A DNA stretch of 64,000 nt from Octopus sinensis (taxonomy: Eukaryota), in the NCBI RefSeq assembly GCF_006345805.1, contig NC_042998.1, positions 74,648,001 to 74,712,000 on the forward strand. The letters are read 5' to 3'. The notes beneath the pieces are model-generated. The model was not told where the DNA came from, did no database searches, and saw only the letters and a program-made list of their open reading frames with translations. The position numbers and the translations under genes are program-made. Positions 1 through 13,158 of this stretch are shown one piece after another (within the stretch, counting starts at the first letter, position 1; every line of letters starts with the position of its first letter).

Positions 1-26
1 TAAACATAAGCTTCCATAAAAGAGGA

Positions 27-111
27 TACACTCACGCACACACACACAAACACACACACACACACGCATATATATATGCACACACATACATACACATATA
101 TATCTGTATAC
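27..111. repeat. (CA)n/(TA)n compound microsatellite
   Basis: Direct dinucleotide runs. Confidence 0.9.
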
Positions 112-819
112 AGAGCTTTACTCCACCCACAAATCTACCTTAAGAAATATTTGAAATCATATACAATATGAAAATCAATAGAAATTCCCTCTCTATAACC
201 ACCTTAAACTATTATAAAATCGATATATCTGAGACACACTGAGGCTGTTTGGTGCTATTTAGTAACTTATTGCAGCTGTCTGGAATACATAACTAAAACT
301 TTAGATATATTTTAAAGTAAAAACGATCTCTGGTCATCTTAAATTTTTGAAGGAAATAGTAGACCAAAAGCAAGCTTAATATCATAGGCAACATTTTCTT
401 TACCGACAGCGGAAATTTCATATTTATGAAAAAAATATGTGTAATATTAGACTAGAGCTGCTATCATAAGAAGAACAGTGCAAACACATATTTTGCACGG
501 CAGCCATAAAAGATCATCAAGGTAAGATTTCACATTCCAAAGAAATTTAGTAGACTATCGATTTCCTGAAATATCGATATCCGTATTCTACTTGGCTAGA
601 AGAGTCTCTGCTCTTATGAACCAGTTAACTGTTTAACACATTTTCTCCAAACTGACACCATTTACCTGCATCTTTAACACACTTCCAGGAAAAAGCTCAA
701 TGTATATAGATATATTCATGCATACTTACACCTCGACATTTCCTTACATATATTCAAACTATACATTCATTGAATGGAGGTCATCATTAAACGAGTACGT
801 TGCTTCATTTTCTCGATAA

Positions 820-1500
820 AACAACAGCATCAACATCACATAAAGGCCTGTAGCAATATAACTGTTACTCCAATGAAAACAATGTCAATAATAACTTTAA
901 TGCAAAAAGCAATAACCCATATACCAACAATAACAACCCCGATACTACCACTAACAGCGACACTTATTACCACCACCACCACTAACAAATCTAATACCGC
1001 CCCCAACAATCTCAATATCGATTTCAAATTTTGGCACAAGGCCAACAATTTTAAAGGAGGGATAAGTCGATTACATCGACCCCAGTGTTCAACTGGTACT
1101 TATTTTATTGAACCCGAGAGGATGAAAGGCAAAGTCGACTTCGGTGGAATTTGAATTCAGAACGTCAAAACGGACGAGATGCCGCTAAGCATTTTGCCCA
1201 GCATGCTAATGATTCAGCTTGCTCGCCACACCCATAACAATGTTAATATCAACAACAACAATAATAGTTTGAATACCAGCCACAATAACCCCAATGAAGG
1301 CAATAACAACAGCAATGGTTGTTTTAACTCTTACAGCAACAAGACCCCTAGTGCCAATAGAAAAAATATCAATAGCCCTAATACCTATAGTAACAACACT
1401 AGCTCTAACACTGCCACCACTGCCAACTGCAACAATGATAACTTCATCAGCTTCGTCCTAATACCAATGACTTCAACATGAACTACAACTGCAATCCAAA
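820..1500. repeat. Degenerate (AAC/ACC/AAT)n low-complexity tract flanking a SINE
   Basis: Imperfect trinucleotide periodicity on both sides of 1022-1228. Confidence 0.7.
1022..1228 (-). mobile_element. tRNA-derived SINE, family A
   Basis: Reverse complement matches the plus-strand copy at 7614-7821 (GGCGAGC..., GCTTAGCGGC, GAAGTCGACTTTGCCTTTCATCC, CTTGTGCC tail). Confidence 0.85.
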
Positions 1501-1551
1501 AATAATTGTTGGCATCATCCAAAAATAATTGTTGGCATCATCCAAAAATAA
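1494..1551. repeat. 23-bp tandem repeat, ~2.5 exact copies (ATCCAAAAATAATTGTTGGCATC)
   Basis: Exact units at 1494, 1517 and a partial unit at 1540. Confidence 0.9.
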
Positions 1552-1904
1552 CACTACCTGACTCACAAATCAAATGAATTTCCACGTTGGTAATGTTGCT
1601 AATGTGGTGAAGAAATTCGGTAATCGCTTCAGCAGCAACAGTATTATCATTAGATCAGTCGAAATGGCAGAAACCTTGTAAGACTGCATCAAATTCCAGT
1701 AGACAACACTTTCAATTGAATCTCCCAAACTAATCAATCAACGGATTGACAAGGAATTTTTGCTCAGTATATTTTTTGTTGTTGTTTTACTCCAGATAAA
1801 GCCAAGAACACAAGATATATTCAATAAATGATGCAGATTAGAAAGTTGACGTTAAGAAATATTCGATAAAATCCGCTTCTCTATGTAGCACGTTATATAT
1901 TATA

Positions 1905-1925
1905 TTTGTGTGTGTGTGCCTCTGT

Positions 1926-1972
<47 letters not shown>

Positions 1973-1998
1973 GTGTGTGTGTGTGTGTGTGTGTGTGT
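1905..1998. repeat. (TG)n microsatellite
   Basis: Direct. Confidence 0.95.
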
Positions 1999-2453
1999 TT
2001 TTGATATTTTGCAACGAACGCTGCAATCAGCTAGCGAAAATTAAGACTAAATTTAGAATAGACACCGTTTCACGTCCATTGAGTGATCGCTTAGTTCCTC
2101 TTAAAAGTAATTGGAGATCTATCGAAGCACTGAAAAAAAAATAGCTTCTAGGTTCTGAAAGATATTGCCTTACTTTGTTTCTTAGCTATCTTATGTTGCC
2201 AGAAAGTATCTCATTCGATCAGTTAGAACTGCTTGAATCCGGGAGTAAAATCTGTATATGGTACTTTCAAAATATAGCAGATCCACAAGCGAAAAGTAAA
2301 AAGACTTGGGCTAAGAGAATTTCTGCCTAGTTACCTTTAATATTTTTATTAAGGTTTCTTAATCTATTAAGACGATAGTAATAAAATAATCAGAGTGAAA
2401 ACATAATCTGTGTTCAAATTCAGGGAGCTTTCATGAAACTAAAACAGGACGTT

Positions 2454-2624
2454 GTGTATGTATGTATGTATGTATGTATGTATGTATGTATGTATGTATG
2501 TATGTATGTATGTATGTATGTATGTATCTATGTATGTTTATATATATGTATGTATGTATGTATTATGTATGTATGTATGTATGTATGTATGTATGTATGT
2601 ATGTATGTGTGTGTGTGTGTGTGG

Positions 2625-2680
<56 letters not shown>

Positions 2681-2688
2681 ATGTATGT
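2454..2688. repeat. (TATG)n + (TG)n compound microsatellite
   Basis: Direct. Confidence 0.95.
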
Positions 2689-2689
2689 C

Positions 2690-2995
2690 ATTATTCAGTT
2701 TTATTTTAAGATTTCTTGCCAATAGAGAAAAAGCCGGTTTCTTACCTAGAAACAAGATTACTTCATTGTAATTTCAACATCGAGACATGGGATTTTTTGG
2801 TATGTATGTATGTATGTTTACGTGCAGATTTTTATGTTTTGTTTTATGTATATCTTCTCATGCATGTAGTTGCATATCTATATATGATCTTATATGCTTA
2901 TATGATAAACTTCCGGAAAGCTTTACAGATTTTTACAGTTCCAGTGATGGCTTGGATATATAGCCTTCGAATTAGCTTTCTCGTTTCTGGTTTTG
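2690..2995 (-). mobile_element. Diverged second copy of the 3' end (ORF C-terminus + 3' UTR) of the RLE retroelement at 3097-4065
   Basis: Colinear similarity to 3097-3420 (e.g. AATAGAGAAA.AGCCGGTT, TTACAGTTCCAGTGATG, CTTCGAATTAGCTTTCTC). Confidence 0.75.
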
Positions 2996-3096
2996 TATGT
3001 ATGTATGTATGTATGTATGTATGTATGTATGTATGTATGTATGTATGTATGTATGTATGTATGTATGCATGTATGTATGTATGTATGTATGTATGT

Positions 3097-4065
3097 TATT
3101 CAGTTTCAAGATTTCTAATCAATAGAGAAAGAGCCGGTTCTAACCTAGATCCAAGGCTGCTTCAATGGAATTTCAACATCATCAACAGGGTACTTTTGTT
3201 TGTACGCACGTACGTTCGTATGCATGTATGTATGTATGTATGTATATGTGTAGATTTGTATGTTTTGTTTTCTGTATATGTTCTCATGCATATAGTTGCA
3301 TATCTATACATTCTAATATGTATTTAAATGATAAACTTCTAGAAAGTTTTATAGACTTTTACAGTTCCAGTGATGTATTGGCCCTGTAGTCTTCGAATTA
3401 GCTTTCTCTTTTCTGATTTTGAGAAACCTAATTTCTCAAGATTAGGCAGTGTGTTACATGTCCCAGGACACCAATGATTACAATATCTGAAGTTGTAGTC
3501 TGGATAGAGTAACTGTAGATTTCTCAATAGTTCAGCGTAGATATTCTCTTTTTCACTGATTTTCAGCTTTATGTTAACATCCGCTGGCATTAATTTCTAC
3601 AACTGTACACAATTTTTTCTCTATTCCAATCATTATATCAGGTTTGTTTTGCTTACATTTTATTGAGGTCTTCACTGGGACATTCCACCAGTAGCTATGA
3701 CTTCTACTATACAGTGGGTCCTTATTTATTTGTCCTCGGGATTATTGTCCTAGCTATAACATCATGCTTCATCCGGAAATAATACCGTGATGACATTTCG
3801 GACAATTGCTTATGATGTGGGTGATATTTCCTGTATTAACTAAAAAAAGTCTGCATCAGTTGTCACATTTTACTGCTTTTCCTGCGTCTCTACCCCTTTT
3901 GTGCATCAGGTATTTGATTGATATCTGTTCCTGGATTGCAAACGCATACCCTTCAAAGTCGGAGGTGGTAATCCGGCTATTGGTCCATGATAGACTGCTT
4001 TGCTGATCAATGTAAATATAATCTCGGAGCTTTCTATTAACACATCCGTGCATAGTCTTCTGCTC
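3097..4065 (-). pseudogene. Decayed non-LTR retrotransposon with restriction-like endonuclease (R4/Dong-like): post-RT region, CCHC knuckle, RLE and 3' UTR
   Basis: Minus-strand translation across frameshifts gives MHG..., FEGYAFAIQEQ, CRL..ITHIISNCP..HDVIAR (CCHC), WWNVPVKT..NKPDI, PADVNIKLKISEKENIYAEL. It may continue past the microsatellite to ~4720 (weak). Confidence 0.8.
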
Positions 4066-4097
4066 ATGTGCTTATCCTTTCATCTGATGATACGCTG

Positions 4098-4099
<2 letters not shown>

Positions 4100-4128
<29 letters not shown>

Positions 4129-4250
4129 TGTATGTATGTATGTATGTATGTATGTATATATGTATGTGTGTATATGTGTGTGTATGTATGTATATGTGTG
4201 CGTATGTATGTATGTATGTATGTATGTATATGTGTGTGTATGTATGTATG

Positions 4251-4284
<34 letters not shown>

Positions 4285-4326
4285 TGTATGTATGTATGTA
4301 TGTGTGTGTGTGTGTGTGTGTGTATG
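4100..4326. repeat. (TATG)n/(TG)n microsatellite at the upstream end of the recognisable RLE element
   Basis: Direct. Confidence 0.95.
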
Positions 4327-5475
4327 TCGTAATTCTGAAGGCAAAATTCATGATATGTATGATAAAAACGAAAATGTTTTTATCTTCACAAATATCTATT
4401 GTCAAATAAATTAATCCAAGTTTTGCAGGAATACAAGGCAACCATATCTTTCTTACATAATCTGTACCTAATTAATTGCTGCTTTCCAAGTTGAAGATTT
4501 TAGTCGTAATCATTGCTATAATTATTTTCCACTCCAACAAGCAGTTTTAATTAATTCAGATTTGCTGTCCATCCTAATGTAGACCAAACCTTTAGATTTG
4601 TTGTATTTGAAGCTCTAAATTTTATATTTTATGAATTTTCAATATCCTTGACATAGGATATATTGATCAATGTAAAGGTTCCTTGGAGTTAGTTCAGATT
4701 TTCCTTCCTTGTACGTGACACTACACAGATACCATTTCCCCCGGGAAATTTCGTTCAAATTGTATATTCATGAATTATTGATATTGATGAGATACGGATG
4801 AAACCGTTGTAATTTGTATAAACTGTTTGTTTAACGATGGGTGAAGTTGAAATAGGTTAGGTCAGGCATTTTCATTGCTAACAAACTGTAGAACTGTCGG
4901 CGAAAAGGTGAATGCATGTAAACAAACACATTCATACGCATACGAGTACACGTAGAATCATACATAGTGATGATGACCAAGATTGCCTCGTCTTCTCAGA
5001 TGATATAGACATCTTTCATTCAGCATGATTGTTCTGATTTATTTTCATACTTGCATGCGCGTAGATAAAAGCGTCGTCATATATCCATCACCATAGGACT
5101 TATCAGATACAAAGCAGATCAAGAAATAAAATGATAGTGAGACATATTTACGTCATCGGAGTTAAGTGGCAAAAGCTGGCGCAACACTTTAACCACTCTC
5201 TCTCGGTAACCAAAGTAGGTATCAAAGACAAACACTGCAAGATGACTGGCATTATATTAACTACAAGTGCTATTTCAAGAAATGTGAAAGGTCAGTTAGT
5301 CCACACTTCAATATGTTTCCCGCCGCATCCCGTCATCCATGCATCCACCACATCATAACACACCTAAGATACTATACAGTGAAATAAAGCTCGAAATATT
5401 ACAGTGGTGAAGCGAACTTCTTAACCATTCAGCCACTATTCGTCTATATCTGCCTGCCTACATACATATGTACAT

Positions 5476-5792
5476 AAAGTAAAGTAAAAGACCCCTTTTA
5501 GTCATGAAGGACCATACGAATGCACCTAGAAAGTTCCCCACCGAGGCACAAGTAGGGGCAAGATTGATTATGGAAGACCAGCAGTTGCTCATGCATACCA
5601 ACCTTCCCCTCTCCATGCCACCGATGTTGCCCAGACTTGGCACCAGTGACCCTGCAACTCATTTCTACAGCTGAGTGAACTGGAGCAATGTGCCTTGCCT
5701 AAGAACTCGACACACAGCCTGGTCCGGGAATCGAACTCACTACCTCATGTTAGTGAACCCAACACTCTAATCACTGGCCCATGCGCCTTCAC
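5476..5792 (-). mobile_element. tRNA-derived SINE, family B, tail type 2 ending in (TTTAC)n
   Basis: Minus-strand head GTGAAGGCGCATGG with B-box GTTCGATTCCC and core TTGCTCCAGTTCACTCAGCTGTAGAAATG; the tail differs from the copies at 13159 and 19022. Confidence 0.8.
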
Positions 5793-6129
5793 ATATGTAC
5801 ATAGTTTCACATATTTACATATATTTTTATACATTTATATTTACATGAATGGAATCTCGTATACAAATTACTTATACACATCCATACACGCGCGCGCACA
5901 CACACACACACATATATTGCATACAATTTGCACTGCAGTCCCCTCTAGTCATCCACGATGGATAGAAATTATAACGATTTCAATAACGTCGTCCACCAGT
6001 GAAGAGCGACATTGTTGCTATGGAAAAATGTACGAGTTAATTTGAACAACACTGCAGTATGCATTTGCTCCCCCAACATCCTCCCCATATTAAATTGTGT
6101 GCAAATATAACAACAAGACAGTAACTATT

Positions 6130-6500
6130 TTACTACACGTTGTTACTTTGTTCACTATCATCTTTGAGCTTTCTCTCCAATGCTTCTTAATTGATTATCG
6201 GTCAAATAGGATATATTAGATCTACCCCCATTACCTTTGCAGAAAGCAGCGTACATTATCACTCTCATGCCTCACATAGTTCATTCTTCAAACTTTATAT
6301 CCCTCTTTTCATGTGTTCACACCATATTGCTTTCCCAAGAAACTGTCACCTCACCAATCAGAACTTTTGGGGCAAGCCATACCATGTTACATAGCCAGAA
6401 AGTTGCTTCTTTATGGTAAGAGTGTTTTCTTCAAATTCGGTCATTTTGCTTTTCCTTGGTCTACGCTTCTGCTTCGTCCGTTTTCACTCTCGATGGAAAA
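6130..6500 (-). pseudogene. Possible very old RTE-like LINE RT C-terminal remnant
   Basis: Scattered motifs by eye (HKEATFWLCN ~ NEASMLRWMCN; AIWCEHMKR ~ RLRWYGHVMR), with many stops. Confidence 0.3.
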
Positions 6501-7613
6501 CAGTTGAGTGCAGTTTGACATAGAAACTACTACGCTATTATTCTAGGGTGTCAACCAGGATTCTCAAAATGCCACTATGATTATCCTGTCAGAGATAACT
6601 TATATACTGCATAACCTCTGCGCCGATAACATTCAGCGCTATGTTACTCTAGCCACCTACCCGCCCACTATGTAACAGTGGCTTGAAATAGAAGCACAAC
6701 ATACACCTCTCCTAGAAGACATCGCCACCAGGCTGACTCATTTCTATATGCTCTACAATAGCTTCCTTTGTTCAGTTGTCTCCCAAGCTGCCCTTACTAA
6801 TTGGCTTCCTATCTCTACTGCTTTACTTGCATCGCTTCTTCAGTTTGACGAATACCGTACCTTTGATATTCTAACAGAATATTCATTTGTACCATATCTG
6901 TACCAGTCCTTTTCCTGTGTTCCACAATGACCTGTCAGCACTTTCATTTCCAAGCTGGTTTGTAATCACTTCAGCAGCTTTCTTTTTACTCTGTATTTCC
7001 TTCCTCTCAACCGCGCAGATTCATATCAAAAAGATACAGGGTTTAGCCGCTGCTTTAAATACCTTTGCAAGTGATGTTATAGATAGCTACAATTTTCTAA
7101 TAGGACTAGGTCAAACCAAATTTCTTAAAAATGGTAGCGCGTAGATAGTACAGAATGTCCACAGCTGAACTCTTACTGTCTGACTTTTTAGCAGTAAGCA
7201 AATCGCTTTTAGTGTTAGAAACTAGTAATTTTATATGGTCATTGTTCTCGACAGATTTATAGTAAGTTCTGTGCAATTTTATACACATATATAGCACCTG
7301 TAGAGTTCTTGAATGATGTTCTTTGCATGAAGAAATACAGGCTGGTATTCACTGAGATTTTATTTTAATATTATCGATAATTTATATTAACCTTTAATGC
7401 GGCAAGCCCCAAGAAGAAAAAAGAAAGACCAACGGAGAAAACAAGAAAGAAAAGAGAAAAAAGGGAAAATCAAATGAAATATTAAGTGAAATACGAACTC
7501 AGGAACCGTTGCCTTCAACCAGTAAGGAAGAAGGGGCACGGCAGAAGAATGAAAACGAGAGACAGCGAATTTGAGAAAGCGGAAATTGTGACGGACGAAA
7601 AGATTGGTGAATT

Positions 7614-7821
7614 GAGCTGGCAGAAACATTAGCACGCCGGGCGAAATGCTTAGCGGTATTTCGTCTGCGTTACGTTGTGAGTTCAAATTCCGCCGAGGTC
7701 GACTTTGCCTTTCATCCTTTCGGGGTCGATAAATTAAGTACCAGTTGCGTACTGGAGTCAATCTAATCAACTGGTCTCCTCCCCCAAAATTTCGGGCCTT
7801 GTGCCTAAAGTAGAAAAGAAT
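7614..7821 (+). mobile_element. tRNA-derived SINE, family A, near full length
   Basis: A-box-like TGGCAGAAACATTAG, B-box-like GAGTTCAAATTCC, core GTCGACTTTGCCTTTCATCCTTTCGGGGTCGAT; repeated many times in the window. Confidence 0.9.
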
Positions 7822-7889
7822 AATATTCACCTTTATTTTTCATTTTTTATTTGTTTCAGTAATTGAAAACAATTTTGGGCTAGTGTCTA

Positions 7890-8194
7890 TTAGGGTTTCA
7901 GTCGAATAAACCAACTATAGTACTTATTCTATAGGTCTTTTTTCCGAACTGATATATCACGAGGATGCAAACAAACGAACACCACTTGTCAAATGGAGGG
8001 CTGTCAAACACTCACGCATATTAATATGACGAGCTGACACGTAGTATCCGTCTCCCGAATTCACACCCTAGACACTGGTCGACCCGGGGCTATAGTAGAA
8101 GATACTTTATCACTGTGCCCCACAGTGGGACTTAACTCGAAACCGCTTGGTTGCGGAGCGAGTTTCTTAACCACATAGCCAAGACTGCGCCTAT
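7890..8194 (-). mobile_element. tRNA-derived SINE, family C, degenerate
   Basis: Minus-strand head ATAGGCGCAG..TGGCTATGTGGTTAAG; GTCCCACTGTGGG and CTATAGCCCCGGGTCGACC are homologous to 55627-56077. Confidence 0.7.
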
Positions 8195-8613
8195 ATCAGA
8201 TGAATTAGATTATTTCCATTATCAGTCGCTGCACTATATATTAGAGTTCTCTGTAAAGTGGCTTTACCTTCAAAGTCATTGCAACAGACTTCCTCAGAGA
8301 CATTCCAACCATGATCAGCCATTTAAAAAAAATTTCAGACAGTCTATCAAGGACTACATTATACAGTTCGCTATTACCTGTTTTTCAGACGGTAGTAATT
8401 TGAGAGACAGTTAGCTGCTGCTTTTTGCAAGTTAAGTGACCCAGTTGTGGCTTACACATTGATCTATACATTGTTATATTTGTTGTTGTGTGGTATTTCT
8501 TGTTATTGTTTCTGCTGTGTGGAGTTTATATTATTGTTTTCAAGGTTGTCGGTTTTATTGCTGTTAATTAGTTTGTATTTTTGTTATTCATGTGGAGTGC
8601 TAAATGTTCTTGG

Positions 8614-8646
<33 letters not shown>

Positions 8647-8728
8647 CACTACTACTACTACCACCGCCGCCGCTGCTGCTACTATTACTGTAGCCTCCGC
8701 TGCTGCTGCTGCTGCTACCACCACCACC

Positions 8729-8805
<77 letters not shown>

Positions 8806-8826
8806 CGCTGCATACCACACCACCAG
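8614..8826. repeat. Compound trinucleotide microsatellite (TAC)n/(CAC)n/(TGC)n
   Basis: Direct. Confidence 0.95.
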
Positions 8827-10299
8827 TAATACCATGGTAACAAGAGACTCATTTTTAAAATGTTATTTGAAAAGAGGAACGAGCAGGGGAAACACTGACT
8901 TGTGTTGCTACATTTGAGAAAGATACGGCGAAAGCCTGAACGTAAATGACGTAAATAATGGAACGAAGCATTCTTGTGTGTAAGAGCTTCCTGATAAGAA
9001 ACTCACTTCCTGCATGTGGTGCCAATGATAAGATAAACCTAGCAACGTATTCTTGTCACCTTATCTTCCCATTTATTTTACTCATTTGTTTACTGAATTC
9101 CAATTGATGTTGTTTATATGTGTTTCTATATTCACTCTATTAAAGGATGAGAGATGTCTATCTTTCTCTTCTCTTCTACGCGTCTAATTCGCTTTCTTTC
9201 ATTCTAGTCTAATTCTTCCATGCTTCTTCAGAACTTACATTCTTCCTGTTTTTACTATTTCTTTCTTTGCTTTGCTTTCGCTCTTCATTCTTTCTTCCTT
9301 TCGTGTTTGTTTTTTTCTTCTTCTCTGCTTTATATTTAATACCTTTTCTTTTCATTTATATTTTTAATCATTGCTACTTCCTTCTTTCTCCCACAGATTC
9401 CTTAAGCTATCTAACAGTCGCATCTCATATAACTAGCTGCCGGTTCTGTTTCTCTATGTTGGTAATGTTTAATTTCTATGGCTACACTCTCTGTAACAGC
9501 CCGGCTCAGTCTTTCTAACTGCCCGAGTTTTTCTAATTGTTTTCTTATCTAATTAGCTAGCGACTTCTGATAGCATTTATTTAGTTACTGGTTTCAGTCA
9601 CCAGAACGCAGCAGGTACTGAGACAATAACTCTCAAGGGTTGTCTTCGATCGTATTAACCCTGGTACATATTTATAACTGGTTCAGATTTTATTGCACAG
9701 CTACATAATGGAACGTAAAGAGTCATGGCATCGGGTTACACATGTAAACATACAATACCGGGTTATTCATGTTAACAGATACGCACACACACACGTACAC
9801 ACACGCACACTGACATATTATTTTGCACACACACACGTGTACGCAAGCAAACACACATGCCGGGTGGGGTGCGTGTTTTAACAAACGCGCGGTGTTGTTT
9901 TGAAATAATAGTGAAGCGTGGGCAGAGTGTTATCGTATTAAAAGACTTAAAACGAATAAAACCTTTTCTCATTACTCGAAATAGAAGTTGGTCCGAAGCA
10001 CCAGAAATATAGTCTTAGAAACAATTTGTGCACTCAAGTAACTTTACACTTTTTTAATAAATATAACTTTTACTGGTGCAAAATACAAACATACGTAAAC
10101 GCACGTACACATACACACACACATGCACACATACATATGCACATATGCATTATGCGTGTATATGAGTCTGTGCTATTGTGTCTATATTATGTAAATACTT
10201 GTATGTGTCTATGCAGATTTATATGTATATTTATAAACATACCATTACATATATATATGCATGTATAAACCTCTAATCCATGCCTATGTAGTTAATAAA

Positions 10300-10565
10300 A
10301 GAAATTCCTCTTCTTCCTCCTCTTTCTTCTCCTCCACTAAATCCTACTCTTCTTCTTCTTGCTCCTCCTCCTCCTCTTCCTCTTTCTCCTCCTCCTCTTC
10401 TTTTTCTTCTTCTTCCTCCTACTCTTCTTTTATCTACTAGTCCTCAACTTCTTTTTCTACTTCCTCTTCCTCCCCTCCTCCTCCACCTCTTCTTTCACCT
10501 CCTCCTCCCCTCTTCTTCTTGTTCTTATTCTTCCTCCATCTTCTTCTTCTACTCCTCCTCCACCC
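10300..10565. repeat. Pyrimidine-only (CTC/CTT)n low-complexity tract
   Basis: Direct; strong strand asymmetry. Confidence 0.9.
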
Positions 10566-10633
10566 CATCTTCTTATTCATTGTGTGTCTATTGAATAGAC
10601 AGTGTCCATTGGTTGTACCAAAAACAAGGAATA

Positions 10634-10722
10634 ACATCCCGGCTGCCATACTGTACACACACACACATACACACACATACGCACACACACACACACACAC
10701 ATACACGCACACACACACTCAC
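10634..10722. repeat. (CA)n microsatellite, interrupted
   Basis: Direct. Confidence 0.9.
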
Positions 10723-11124
10723 ATAAGGTTATGATGGAAGCAAGTCTTGTGAAATACAACTACACAGGGCTTCGTGACCGAAGCATTAATTTATTTTGCC
10801 ATCTCCAAGCTGAAAACAAGCCCATTTGTCAGTTGCTTTCAAAGCAGATGACGCTTGGACAGGGAACGCTCACAAGGAAGTATCGAAAAAGAAAACACAG
10901 GGCAGATAATTAGCGTTAAAATAAGCAGATGTAAAAAATAAACCGTAAACAAGATATTAATGGTTTACCATGTGCCTGGTGGCCTATTTTTAAATTCTGC
11001 CAAGATGTATTACTTAAAATGTGGACATTTATATTTGTTTCTATATGTGCATCTGGGGCAGGCTTGAGTCGTCGGTTGCCTATTGATAAATGTCTTAATA
11101 TTAGGGGTGGGGGTCAAGAAAAGT

Positions 11125-11570
11125 AATTGCATTCGTGTGTTTGTTAAAGGAAAGTGGATAAATGTCCTTAAGGATAAAAATGCGATATATCCCCCGTTGT
11201 TCATGAAGCACAGGCATCAGTGAACTATGACATCGGTCGAACAGAAATCAAGCTTTATATCGGAGCAGTAGAAAAGAAATTTAAATCCAGACATAACGAT
11301 CATCTTTCGACTTTTAGCCAACGTAATAAGAGGCATTTAACTACTCTTTCGGCTTTAATCTGGAAACTTAAAGACGAAGAGACCAAGTACAATATCAATC
11401 GTTTCCCAAACCAAATCCTATACCAAAGGGTCAAAAAGATTTTCAATATGTTCTCTTGAAAAACTATATCTCTTAAAGAATTTGTGAGCCTCCAACAACT
11501 ACGTAAATTTCAGGAATGAGATATTTAATTTATGCCCGCACTTTTAGAAATACATCTTCCAAGAACTTAA
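11125..11570 (+). pseudogene. Penelope-like element GIY-YIG endonuclease remnant
   Basis: NC..KCP..KC..VVHEA linker, then KLYIGAVEKKFKSRHNDHLSTF..TTLSALIWKLKD, then (after a frameshift) KSYTKGSK..CSLEKLYLL..RNEIFNLCPH. This is the PLE GIY-YIG layout, with stops and frameshifts. Confidence 0.8.
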
Positions 11571-12299
11571 ATATAGGCCACCAGATACATGGTTAAACAT
11601 TAATATCTTGTTTCGGTTTATTTTCTTGACATTTGTTTATTGTAACGTTGGTTATCTAACTTGTGTTTCCTCTTTGTCTTCTTCCCTATGAGCGTCCTTT
11701 GTTCAAAAGTCATCTGCTTTGAAAGCAACTAACAAACGGCCTTGTTCTCAGCTTGAAAAATAGCAAAATAAATTAATGTTTCGGCCATGAAATCCTGGGC
11801 AGCTATATTCCACAAGACTTATGATTTCCATTATAAAGTTGTCTTTACTCTCTTAGCTGACCGAGTGCAGTTCTACTTGTCGATGCCTTATATATACTAC
11901 AACGACCGAGTGAATGGCGACTCAGAGACTGGCAAAAGTGTTGTACAAGCTTTTGTCACTTAAATCCAGTGACGTACAGATATCGCACAATCATTTCATT
12001 TCTTGATCTGTTTTGTAGTTTATAAAGCTCTCTAGCGATGGATGCGTAGCGAGAAAAGTTATATCGGCGCACGAGCAGGGATAAAAGTAAATCAGAAGAA
12101 TCAGGATGAATGTGAAACAACAATCATCTGGCAAGATGACTTAATCCTATGTATATATGTATGTTTGCATGTATGTAGGCATGTATGTATATGTGTGTAT
12201 GTATGTGTATAAGATTGAAACTTGGTTGCATTGTATTATTGTACGACTGGTTATAACTCTACTTAAAAATTATCACATACACATGCACACATATATAAG

Positions 12300-12301
<2 letters not shown>

Positions 12302-12336
<35 letters not shown>

Positions 12337-12367
12337 GAGAGAGAGAGAGAGAGAGAAAAGAGAGAGA
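12302..12367. repeat. (GA)n microsatellite
   Basis: Direct. Confidence 0.95.
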
Positions 12368-13158
12368 ATCGCTGATGACGTCGTGACTGTAGGCTGTTGA
12401 AATTGACGTGGTGGAATTTATGTAAAAGGTTGAGCGGATAGAACTGTGGAGAAAATTAATTAGTTAAGATGTTTAGTGTGAGAACTAAAGTGTGAGACAG
12501 AATAACAAAAGAGATAGGTGAATTGTGTTCGGCGAAAAGGTTATGTTACTTTAAAGAGGCAGTGTTCTCTCACAGCGATAACTTCGAGAAGAACTTTCAA
12601 ATGTCTGTGTGTATGCAGAGGCATTATCTTAGATATATGATACAGAGTGACAAAGCTAAGAGTGAGGTGTATAAATACAAACTTGTTTCCTGTTTATATA
12701 GGTTTGAGGCATATTCAAACCCGTATGAAAGCCATTCACTGTAATTTCTCAAGGAAAAAATTTCTCACTATAGACATATAGGTGTAGATACAGTGAATCA
12801 GTTCACCCGGCTCTCTTATCAGACTGTTGGATGCGTGCATTTCGGAGTGGTTATCTCTTCAGCAACAATTTCAGCATCCAAAATATAACAAGAGGTAAAG
12901 GGGTACTCTTTGTTACCGTAGCTAACTTCAACCCTCAGGGTCCTTGCTCTATCTCGAAATATCAATTACTAGCGTGGCAGTCTCTCTCTTCCGATGCTAT
13001 ACCTACAGACATTGGTGATCATGCCAAAGTTTGATGAATATCGAACTTTTTTCTTGGATATGATACAATAACTTCTGCCAGTTTATTTACGATTCGCGTG
13101 AAATCGGTTGATGTCCAAACATTGGTGGACCTGTGTGAGACACCAGTATGCCTCAGCA

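Noticed and set aside
6887-7144. 85-aa ORF with a strong-looking acceptor at ~7019
   Set aside because: No recognisable homology, a weak donor, and it is adjacent to a probable antisense RTE fossil.
8447-8917. Poly-T/A/Y/H/V ORFs
   Set aside because: Trinucleotide microsatellite with no flanking coding signal.
12823-12894. 72-nt AG..GT-bounded segment open in two frames
   Set aside because: Short polypyrimidine tract and no homology; consistent with a chance pseudo-exon.
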